A DNA stretch of 64,000 nt, taken from positions 96,001-160,000 of the forward strand of contig CAWDVW010000005.1 in assembly GCA_963805855.1 (NCBI GenBank). The letters run 5' to 3'. This DNA is from Candidatus Dadabacteria bacterium (GTDB taxonomy: Bacteria; Desulfobacterota_D; UBA1144; Nemesobacterales; CSP1-2). The translations under genes and the position numbers were made by a program. Positions 11,515 through 19,947 of this stretch are shown one piece after another (position 1 is the stretch's first letter; the number at the start of each line of letters is the position of its first letter). The notes under the pieces were generated by a model. It worked only from the letters and a program-made list of their open reading frames with translations, was not told the origin of the DNA and searched no databases.

Positions 11515-12327
11515 ATGGCTTGGCAATGGATAGTTCCGGTATTTTATTTGATTTCATCTGTTTTCTATTGCGGCTACCTTTGGACAAAAAACCCCAGGGT
11601 ATCTGTTTGGGGATCAGCAGCCGTCAAGATCGGATTAATCAGCCAGTCCATCATTCTTCTTACTCTCTTATTACAGGGGACCCCCCTGGCCGGCGGTCTT
11701 GACAGATCTCTTTATTTCTTCTCCTGGTTTATCACGTTAGTCTATACAGTGTTACAGTCAAGAATAAAGGCCGATATCATTGGGGCATTTGTCGCTCCGC
11801 TCAGCCTAATCATGACTTTACCTTCGGTGATTCTTCCAGAAGGGATCATTCAAAATGATCCCTCGTTAAGAAACCCATGGATCGTGATTCACATAGTACT
11901 AGTCTTTCTTGGGGAAGCATTGTTCACAGTCGCGTTCATCGCTGGATTGTTGTATATCTTCCAAGAGCAGAGAATAAAGTCAAAGCACCTTGGAAGCTTC
12001 CTAAAAAAATTACCTTCATTAACAACCCTTGATAAAATAAACCACGTCTGCCTCCTAATAGGTTTTCCGTTAATAACTATAGGACTGGCTCTTGGTTTAC
12101 TGTCTGCTAAGATTGTATGGGGTGATCAATGGGATTGGGGACAGAAAGAAACTTGGTCTTTGATTACATGGTTTCTCTACGCAATTCTAATTCATGGAAG
12201 ACTGGCCTCGGGGTGGAAAGGTAAGAAAGCTGCAATAGGAGCTGTGTTAGGATTTGGCATTATCCTCTTTTCCTTTATCGTAATTGGTTATATAGCACCA
12301 GGCAAGCATGATTTTTTGGGAAGATGA
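11515..12327 (+). CDS. CcsA/HemX-family heme-handling membrane protein
   Basis: Multi-TM; WIVIH, LPSL..LD, Trp-rich loop WGDQWDWGQKETWS, GWKG.K. Confidence 0.8.
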   Translation: MAWQWIVPVFYLISSVFYCGYLWTKNPRVSVWGSAAVKIGLISQSIILLTLLLQGTPLAGGLDRSLYFFSWFITLVYTVLQSRIKADIIGAFVAPLSLIMTLPSVILPEGIIQNDPSLRNPWIVIHIVLVFLGEALFTVAFIAGLLYIFQEQRIKSKHLGSFLKKLPSLTTLDKINHVCLLIGFPLITIGLALGLLSAKIVWGDQWDWGQKETWSLITWFLYAILIHGRLASGWKGKKAAIGAVLGFGIILFSFIVIGYIAPGKHDFLGR

Positions 12328-12587
12328 TAACAAACCGTAACATTCTAAAAGTCCAGTAAATAGTATAGAGGCTGAAAGAGGCGATCCACAACCTATACAT
12401 CTGTACGCTATGAAGCAATACCGGTAAATAGTAATTCACGAATCATACGCCCCAACGTTGCATTAAAACATCATACTACTGACTAACTAAGCAAAGAGCC
12501 TCTAGCCTTTAATTATGTGTATTTATCAGGTAAGTTTAATTTATTAATCTAAATCACTTGGTGATGAAATAGCAAGGAAGCAATATC

Positions 12588-12947
12588 TTGTCTGAAAAAA
12601 GCAAGCAGGCAAAGCCATTCTATTTAAGCTATTTTGAGAAGCTTTATGAATCTTGGGAGATATCTGCTGAAAAAGCACTAACATTATGGTTTCATAATCC
12701 TCTGTTCAGCAACTTTATGGATAGGGCCGTTGAAAAATCACTCGAATTTAAAGATTACACTCAAGAAATCATCGATAAGACTTTAAAATATAGATTGTTT
12801 CCGATAGACAATGATTTTGCAAAACTTACAGATTCAATCGGGAACTTAGACGAGAGGCTATCCGAGCTGGAAGGCAAAATTGTAAAAGTAAAAAAGACAA
12901 ACATCAAAAAAAAAGTGAAATCAAGGCGACGGAGGAATAGAAAGTGA
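12588..12947 (+). CDS. small PhaE/PhaR-like protein with basic C-terminal tail
   Basis: Aligns without gaps to the next ORF (YE.WE.S...AL....NPLF...EKS.E.K.Y); upstream of phaC; TTG start. Confidence 0.6.
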   Translation: MSEKSKQAKPFYLSYFEKLYESWEISAEKALTLWFHNPLFSNFMDRAVEKSLEFKDYTQEIIDKTLKYRLFPIDNDFAKLTDSIGNLDERLSELEGKIVKVKKTNIKKKVKSRRRRNRK

Positions 12948-13393
12948 CTAATGAGAATATGGAATATGGAGAGTACTACAAGAAATTCTATGACATTTGG
13001 GAAAAGTCTATGTTAGAAGCCTTAGATATCTGGAAAAAAAATTTAGATAAGACTATTATGAATGAAGGTGATAAACCGATAGACTTCAGTAATGTTGAAT
13101 ATTACAAAAAATTCTATGAAACCTGGGAGAAATCTACCTCTGAAGCACTAGAGAAATATATCAATAACCCACTATTTGCTCTAAATATAGGGAAGACTAT
13201 TGAGAAGTCATCCGAGCTCAAAAAATACTTTGATGAGGTTATAGAGAAAAGTCTTAAAAACGTTCGTCTACCGTCGAAGAACGACATAGACAGGATTCAT
13301 AACGCAATTAACAGTATCGAAGCAAAGATAAATGACCTTTCCGAGATGGTAGAGGAACTGAAGAGTTCAAAAATGCCATCAAAAAGGAAGTAG
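12944..13393 (+). CDS. PHA synthase small subunit, PhaE/PhaR-like
   Basis: FY..W motifs, PhaE-box-like LPSKNDIDRI, C-terminal coiled coil; directly upstream of phaC; GTGA overlap with previous gene. Confidence 0.75.
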   Translation: MTNENMEYGEYYKKFYDIWEKSMLEALDIWKKNLDKTIMNEGDKPIDFSNVEYYKKFYETWEKSTSEALEKYINNPLFALNIGKTIEKSSELKKYFDEVIEKSLKNVRLPSKNDIDRIHNAINSIEAKINDLSEMVEELKSSKMPSKRK

Positions 13394-13558
13394 AGATATT
13401 ATTTGTCATTCGATAATCAAAAATTAAATTTCTAATTCGTTGGAATTTGCCGCTAAAACATTAGACATAATTAACTTAGCAACAATGTCTGAATTGCTTT
13501 AAGGTAGGCCGGTGGTAATATTCTGAACGACTCAAAAGAGAAACTGGAGGTTTTTAAA

Positions 13559-14635
13559 TTGATGTCATCAAATTATATAAATGAGCTTATGCAAGAGGCA
13601 GAAAAAATAAAACAAAAGGTCTCTAAAGCAATAGATATAGCTCTCATTAACCCACCAGAAATAAATGTTGGTACCACTCCGCATGAAGTTGTATTCACAG
13701 AAAACAAGCTGCGTCTACTCCACTATTATCCTACCGCGGAAAAGACCTACCCCGTGCCTCTTGTCATGATATTTGCCCTCGTGAACCGACCGTATATACT
13801 GGATTTAAAACCAGGCAGAAGCATAGTTGAAGTCTTACTCAATAAGGGTATTGACATATATATGATTGACTGGGGTGTCCCTGGCGATGAGGATAAGGAC
13901 CTCAATCTAAATCACTATATAAATAGATATATATATAAAGTAATCAATAAAGTTAAAAAGATCTCGGGTGCCGATAAGGTTAGTGTTTTAGGGTATTGCA
14001 TGGGTGGAACGATGTCTGCAATGTATACCGCACTCCATCCAAGAGATATTAAAAACTTGATCCTTTTGGCTGCGGGAATTGACTTTAAGGTTGAAGGCAC
14101 ATTAAACCTTTGGGGTGACAAGCCCAACTTCGATGTGGATAAATTTGTGGATGCGTTCGGAAATGTTCCGCCCGAATTTCTTCAATCAGGTTTTCTTTTT
14201 ATGAAACCCGTCCAAAATCTGGTATCCAAATATGTGAATTTTTTTGAAAACATAGAAAATAATAACTTCATCGAAAACTTCCTGGCAATGGAGAAATGGT
14301 TAAATGATAACATCCCGGTTGCAGGGGAGGTTTTCAGAGAGTTTATAAAGTACTGTTATCAGGAAAATCTACTCGTTGAAAACAAACTCAGAATAAATGG
14401 CAAGATCGTTGATCTCAGTAAGATCAAGTGCTCCGTTCTGAATCTAATTGCCGAGCATGATCATCTTGTACCACCGAAATCAAGCATGGCCTTCAATGAT
14501 CTAATATCCAGCAAAGACAAAGAAAGCATCGTTTACCCGACGGGCCACATTGGGATGTCTGTAAGTAGCAAATCACTGAGGGACTTGTGGCCCAGGGTTG
14601 CTGATTGGTTGATTGCTAGATCAAAATCCGATTAA
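13559..14635 (+). CDS. phaC: class III/IV poly(R)-hydroxyalkanoate synthase PhaC
   Basis: 358 aa; TPHEVV, ALVNRPYILDL, IDWG, lipase box GYCMGG, MEKWLND, catalytic Asp in EHDHLVPP, His in TGHIG; GGAGG RBS. Confidence 0.93.
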   Translation: MMSSNYINELMQEAEKIKQKVSKAIDIALINPPEINVGTTPHEVVFTENKLRLLHYYPTAEKTYPVPLVMIFALVNRPYILDLKPGRSIVEVLLNKGIDIYMIDWGVPGDEDKDLNLNHYINRYIYKVINKVKKISGADKVSVLGYCMGGTMSAMYTALHPRDIKNLILLAAGIDFKVEGTLNLWGDKPNFDVDKFVDAFGNVPPEFLQSGFLFMKPVQNLVSKYVNFFENIENNNFIENFLAMEKWLNDNIPVAGEVFREFIKYCYQENLLVENKLRINGKIVDLSKIKCSVLNLIAEHDHLVPPKSSMAFNDLISSKDKESIVYPTGHIGMSVSSKSLRDLWPRVADWLIARSKSD

Positions 14636-14734
14636 CTTTATAATTTACATGACTTCTTATTAACGCTTATGTACCTTTAGGGTTCATCAATCCTTTGAGT
14701 ACATTTGGCACAAAGAATATCATAAATCAGCAAA

Positions 14735-15493
14735 TTAAATGTAGTGACCGCCGTTGATTCTTAGAGTCACGCCTGTGATCCAGCTCGCTGCCGGCGAACA
14801 AAGATACAATACTGCAAGGGCAATTTCTTCAGGTGTCCCAAATCTACCCAATGCAATCTGACCCCTTATTTGATTCCTAATGTCTTCTGGCACCGTACCA
14901 AGCATGTCTGTTTCTATAAACCCAGGGGCTATAGCGTTTACACGAATGTTGTTTCTTGCGAGCTCTCTTGCGACACTCTTCGTAAATCCAATTATTCCAG
15001 CCTTTGTTGAGGCATAGTTGGCCTGACCAACGTTGCCCATCTCTCCTATGATGGACGAAACAGAAATTATTACCCCGCTGTTTTGGGCAATCATAGGCTC
15101 AAGCACGGCCTTGGTACAATTAAATATGCCGGAAAGATTAGTCTGTATAACCTCGTTCCACTGTTCTGAACTCATTCTGCGGAGCGTCCTGTCTCTGTTC
15201 ACACCGGCGTTATTTATCAATACATCGACCTTCCCGAAATGATTCATAACAGCCCTGCCAAGGTTTTGCGCTTGCTCGAACTTTCCAACATCTGCACGAA
15301 CAGTAACGCACTTTCTACCCATCTTTTCAATCTCTTTCTTCACCTGGTCAGCGTGTTTATCGCTCCTTGAATAATTCAATAATATATCAGCACCAGCTTC
15401 AGCTAAAGCTAGAGCAATTGCCCTACCTATGCCCCTAGAACCTCCAGTTACGATTGCAACCTTGCCTTTCAAATCAGTTAATTCCTCAATCAT
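14735..15493 (-). CDS. phaB: acetoacetyl-CoA reductase / FabG-type SDR, probable PhaB
   Basis: TGGSRGIG, NNAGVNRDRTLRRM, GQANYASTKAG (YxxxK), APGFIETDM; next to phaC. Confidence 0.75.
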   Translation of the reverse strand: MIEELTDLKGKVAIVTGGSRGIGRAIALALAEAGADILLNYSRSDKHADQVKKEIEKMGRKCVTVRADVGKFEQAQNLGRAVMNHFGKVDVLINNAGVNRDRTLRRMSSEQWNEVIQTNLSGIFNCTKAVLEPMIAQNSGVIISVSSIIGEMGNVGQANYASTKAGIIGFTKSVARELARNNIRVNAIAPGFIETDMLGTVPEDIRNQIRGQIALGRFGTPEEIALAVLYLCSPAASWITGVTLRINGGHYI

Positions 15494-15807
15494 GCTGTTA
15501 CCTCCTCGGGATTGTAAAAGTTACGCTAAAAAGGATATAGATTTTTAACTCTTAAATAAATATTTGTCAAATATTACGGAATTAATCATCGAATGGGCAT
15601 TTTGGGTTCCTATCATTTTTAATTTCAAGAATCCCTTAAACTGGATGGCATCATAGTATTCGATGAAACTACCCGAGATAATTTTCGGTTAAGCTAACCT
15701 TAGGTAATGCATACTGGCGTCCCCTGTAATTTATCAAAAAATTTGTTATATTCCAGTATGATGGAAATGCGGATTTACTCAAAAAATTGATTACGAGAGA
15801 AGGTAAC

Positions 15808-16674
15808 ATGAATAATTTTGTTAAGTCTCACGGACTTGGTAATGACTACGTTGTATTGGATCAGGCCAAAATATCCTTTCAACTAACTCCCGAATCAATA
15901 AAGCTTATCTGCAACAGAAATTACGGAATAGGATCCGACGGAATCCTCCTACTTGTCAAATCTAACAAAGCGGACTTTGGACTAAAAATCTTTAACCCAG
16001 ATGGTACGCCCGCAGAAAAGAGCGGCAATGGTCTCAGAATTTTTGCCAAATTCCTTTATGAGCACGGTTACACACACAAACACAATTTAACTATTGATAC
16101 TCCGGGAGGCATCACAGCCGCAGAATTGGAGATAAATAACGGAAAAACCGAATTTGTAACAGTGGAGATGGGCAACGCAACATTCCAAAGCAAACTAATA
16201 CCAGTTGAAGGCGAAGACAGAGAGGTGGTCGATGAAGAGATGCGAATCGATGGTGAGATTCTTAGGATCACTGCAGTCTCAGTTGGAAACCCCCATTGTG
16301 TTATTTTTACAGATCAACTCGATGAGGGTTATGTTAGAAAACTCGGCCCTGCTATTGAAAATCACCAAATGTTTCCGAACCGAGCAAATGTTCAGTTTGC
16401 AAAGGTGCAATCTAGAGACAAAGTAGAAATACTCATCTGGGAACGTGGTGCAGGTTATACACTGGCATCCGGAAGCAGCTCCTGCGCTGTGGCTGCGGCT
16501 TCTGTTAAAAACAATTTCACAGATAGATCCTTGCGCGTTCTAATGCCTGGTGGAGAACTCCAAATCGAAGTGAGAGATGACTGGTCAATCAGAATGAGAG
16601 GCTCAGTTGAAGAAATTTGCAGTGGAACAATCAGTGAGGAGCTAATCTCAAAACTATCCAATCTCCCAAAATAG
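15808..16674 (+). CDS. dapF: diaminopimelate epimerase-family protein (Ser/Ser active-site variant)
   Basis: KSHGLGNDY, GIGSDG, FNPDG..AEKSGNG, VSVGNPHCV, WERGAGYTLASGSSSCA, MPGG; ATG 15808 preferred as start. Confidence 0.85.
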   Translation: MNNFVKSHGLGNDYVVLDQAKISFQLTPESIKLICNRNYGIGSDGILLLVKSNKADFGLKIFNPDGTPAEKSGNGLRIFAKFLYEHGYTHKHNLTIDTPGGITAAELEINNGKTEFVTVEMGNATFQSKLIPVEGEDREVVDEEMRIDGEILRITAVSVGNPHCVIFTDQLDEGYVRKLGPAIENHQMFPNRANVQFAKVQSRDKVEILIWERGAGYTLASGSSSCAVAAASVKNNFTDRSLRVLMPGGELQIEVRDDWSIRMRGSVEEICSGTISEELISKLSNLPK

Positions 16675-16700
16675 GTATAATCAAGGCTGCTAACTTAAGA

Positions 16701-17951
16701 ATGTCAAGAATCCTCCTAACAGCAAGTACGATATTACCAATTTCATCCCCTCCGATAAAAGAAGGTGCATTATTAATAGCGGATGGAAAGATTAAAGAAA
16801 TTGGTCTAAAGACAAAGCTAACAAAAAGATTTCCTCGTATAACTAATATAGAACTCGGGAGCGGAATTTTACTTCCCGGATTTGTAAATGCACATACCCA
16901 TCTTGAACTGGGATGGATAAGGAGTAGGATAGGACATTTCAATGGGTTTATTGGATGGCTCGAACAAATTATAAGGGCAAAAAAGATAGACACGACTAGG
17001 GAAGAAATTGAAAAATCAACTAGAAACGGCATCAAATCACTGATTGTAAATGGTGTAACCACGGTAGGTGAAGTTTCTTCGTTTGGAGGCATCGACAAAC
17101 CCATACTCAAAAAATCTGGTGTCAGAACGGTCTTATTCGTAGAACTATTTGACAGGGATGAAGATTTTTTCAAAGGCCTGAGATTTGAGCAAGAAGAACT
17201 CTTTGAAGAAAGACCTTTTCCACACGCTCCTTACTCTTGCTCGCCCAATTTTCTTAAGAAGCTCGCAAAATTTCAATGCAAGACAGAAATACCTTCGGGT
17301 ATACACCTTGCCGAAAGTCCAGATGAGGTAAAATTTTTAAGGGGCTATAAAAACGGGTTCGAACAGCAAATATTCCCTTTAATTGAGAAAGACAACTTTC
17401 ATCGGATTAAAGCTAAGTCGCCCTTCCAGTATTTAAAGAAATTAAGATCCTTTCATAAAACAAAGGTTACCACAGTGCACATGGTGCAGGTCCATCCTGC
17501 GGAAATTGAAGAAATTAAAAAAAGCGAGATCGGCGTGGTCTTATGTCCAAGAAGCAATTACTTTCTTAAAGTTGGTGTCCCCCCTATCAAACATTATTCT
17601 GAACTCGGCAGGATAGGGATTGGGACAGACGGTCTTTCAAGTAACTTCAACTTCGATTTCTTCGAAGAACTTAGATTTTTTTACCTTATTGCGAATAATG
17701 TAGCGGTAAGTGATGCACCGTTCTTTACAGTCTATGCGGCCACACTCGGCGGAGCAAAATCCATTTTTCTCGAACATAAGATCGGAAGCATTGAAAAGGG
17801 GAAAGATGCCGATTTAATATTTCTCGATACAGCAGACGACTATACTGATCCCTATCTCTCGGTATTATCATCCACGAACAAAGACTTAAAACTCTCTATG
17901 GTAAGAGGTAAAGTTATCTATTCAAAAAAAAAGGTCTGGAATACCATTTGA
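16701..17951 (+). CDS. metal-dependent amidohydrolase, probable aminodeoxyfutalosine deaminase
   Basis: PGFVNAHTHLEL, PHAPYS, IHLAES, VH, CPRSN, GTDGLSSN; close to mqnD/mqnA. Family is secure, substrate is inferred. Confidence 0.75.
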   Translation: MSRILLTASTILPISSPPIKEGALLIADGKIKEIGLKTKLTKRFPRITNIELGSGILLPGFVNAHTHLELGWIRSRIGHFNGFIGWLEQIIRAKKIDTTREEIEKSTRNGIKSLIVNGVTTVGEVSSFGGIDKPILKKSGVRTVLFVELFDRDEDFFKGLRFEQEELFEERPFPHAPYSCSPNFLKKLAKFQCKTEIPSGIHLAESPDEVKFLRGYKNGFEQQIFPLIEKDNFHRIKAKSPFQYLKKLRSFHKTKVTTVHMVQVHPAEIEEIKKSEIGVVLCPRSNYFLKVGVPPIKHYSELGRIGIGTDGLSSNFNFDFFEELRFFYLIANNVAVSDAPFFTVYAATLGGAKSIFLEHKIGSIEKGKDADLIFLDTADDYTDPYLSVLSSTNKDLKLSMVRGKVIYSKKKVWNTI

Positions 17952-19045
17952 GCGAAAAAATAAAGAAGCTTTTTGTATACGGCACACTCCTGAAGGGAGA
18001 ACCAAGAAACGCCTTTTTATGGGATAGCGATTTACTTGGATCCCTCGATATACCCGGCGAACTTTATATCACTGATATGGGATACCCGGCAGCTTCCTTT
18101 AACGAGAATCCACATCACCATGTAAGTGGAGAGCTTTACGAACTATCCTGGGATAAGCTTACCGACAAAATTATGATGCTGGACAAGATAGAAGGAATGG
18201 ACGATGGATTATTCAAGAGGAAGTTACTGAGAATTAATGGCCATAACTTTTTTACTTATGAAGCTGGAGAGGCATTGGATAGTTTTTTAAATAACAGATG
18301 CAAAATCAAATCGGGAAACTGGAGACTACAGGGATCTATAGCCAGGAGGGACCCAATTAAATTTGCTCTTGCCTTTGAAAAATCCTCCGAAAAAAGCTAC
18401 AGAGACTTTCCCACAAAAGGCACTTCGGGATCGATCCATGTGCGAGGAGTAGCTCCTATTCTTGTAACTGCACCACACGCATGTGCCCATGTTCGAATGA
18501 ATAAGCTCAAGAGTCAAGAAAAATTCACCGGGTCACTCACCGTTATAATTCACTCAATTACGGGATCCCATGTCCTGTACACCCACAGGGCTTCAGAAAT
18601 TGACCCAAATTTTTATGATGAGTCCCCATTTAAAAAGCAGATTGCCAGAATTGTAAAAGAATTCGGGATCGGATTTGTGCTCGACATTCATGGTACCTCA
18701 ACTGCTAAGACCGGGGACGTGTTTCCCGGAGTTGGCATCGACAAAGAATTTCTCCTTGGCAATGAATCTCTCTTAGACAAACTGGTCGAAGGTTCAGAAA
18801 GGTTTGGTATCAGACTTGGAAGTTCTAAAATTTTTCCTGCATCTCGTCAGATGACTGTGACCAAATTCGCTGCCAGAGAGCTCGGAATACCAGGCATGCA
18901 AATTGAGATCAGTGAACAGCTTAGGACGCCTGAGAGATTTCCTAAGCGCTTCGAGAAGTTAGTGAGATTTCTTGCGGACTTTTTGAGTAGAGTGCAAAAC
19001 CCTGCTAATTGTCCAAAATATCCAGCCTTGCCCTTTCACCAATAA
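17948..19045 (+). CDS. gamma-glutamylcyclotransferase (AIG2-like) domain fused to a Zn-dependent hydrolase domain
   Basis: N-half LFVYGTL, GYPA, VSGELYE, LDKIEG, IKSGNW; C-half VTAPHA..E..TG, DPN, VLDIHG, MQIEI. Confidence 0.7.
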   Translation: MSEKIKKLFVYGTLLKGEPRNAFLWDSDLLGSLDIPGELYITDMGYPAASFNENPHHHVSGELYELSWDKLTDKIMMLDKIEGMDDGLFKRKLLRINGHNFFTYEAGEALDSFLNNRCKIKSGNWRLQGSIARRDPIKFALAFEKSSEKSYRDFPTKGTSGSIHVRGVAPILVTAPHACAHVRMNKLKSQEKFTGSLTVIIHSITGSHVLYTHRASEIDPNFYDESPFKKQIARIVKEFGIGFVLDIHGTSTAKTGDVFPGVGIDKEFLLGNESLLDKLVEGSERFGIRLGSSKIFPASRQMTVTKFAARELGIPGMQIEISEQLRTPERFPKRFEKLVRFLADFLSRVQNPANCPKYPALPFHQ

Positions 19046-19838
19046 GCCCCTTTTCGTGCGCCTTAGCAAAGAGACACTCTAAAGCCTTTTTTCCCCTCTC
19101 CCCCATTTTCTTCGTAAATTCATTAACGTACATGAGCACAAACCTTTCGCCCAAATCCTTATTCATTCCCCTGCCGAATTGAAGCGCATACTCCAAGGCC
19201 TCATCTTTATGGGCGAGACCATATTCTATGCTTTCCTGATGGATCCTTAATACCTCACGCTCAATGCTCTCGCTAAAACCCCTTTTCACGACATTTAAGC
19301 CCAGGGGCAGTGGAAGAGAGGTTTCTTCGGACCACGATTTTCCTAAATCCAAGATTGATTTCAGACCATAGTCTCTATACGTTAGCTGACCTTCATGAAT
19401 GATAAGTCCAGCATCAACATGTCCATCTCTCACCGCATTAAATATCTTGTCAAAAGGAGATTCAACCGGGATAAATCCATCAGAAAAAATCCGAAGTAGT
19501 AAATATGCTGTCGTCAGCATGCCTGGGACAGCTATCCTTTTGCCCTCCAGGTCATTCATCATATCCCTTGCCACTACAATCGGGCCGTAACCTTCTCCCA
19601 TACTAGCGCCACATGAAAGAATCCTATACTTATCCTGTACCATAAGGTAGGTGTGAGCCGAAACCGCCGTTACTTCTAGCTCTCCTCTTAATGCCCTTTC
19701 GTTAAGGGACTGAATTTCCTCAATCACATGCACAAAATCTATCTTTTCTGACGATACGTTACCACTGGCAATTCCATAAAACATGAAGGCATCATCGGGA
19801 TCAGGGCTATGTCCAAGTCTCATAGTGATCTTGCTCAA
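19005..19838 (-). CDS. mqnD: 1,4-dihydroxy-6-naphthoate synthase
   Basis: LGHSPDPDDAFMFY, GASMGEGYGP, GLIIHEGQLTY, LPLPLG, MYVNE. Confidence 0.94.
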   Translation of the reverse strand: MSKITMRLGHSPDPDDAFMFYGIASGNVSSEKIDFVHVIEEIQSLNERALRGELEVTAVSAHTYLMVQDKYRILSCGASMGEGYGPIVVARDMMNDLEGKRIAVPGMLTTAYLLLRIFSDGFIPVESPFDKIFNAVRDGHVDAGLIIHEGQLTYRDYGLKSILDLGKSWSEETSLPLPLGLNVVKRGFSESIEREVLRIHQESIEYGLAHKDEALEYALQFGRGMNKDLGERFVLMYVNEFTKKMGERGKKALECLFAKAHEKGLIGERARLDILDN

Positions 19839-19947
19839 GATTTGTTCTCCTTTTAGGATTCTAATTATACAATCACAATGCTTACCGATAGGTCGATCAT
19901 CTCTAATCTCTGGATATCCGTCTTAATGAGGAGTATACCGTTTATAC

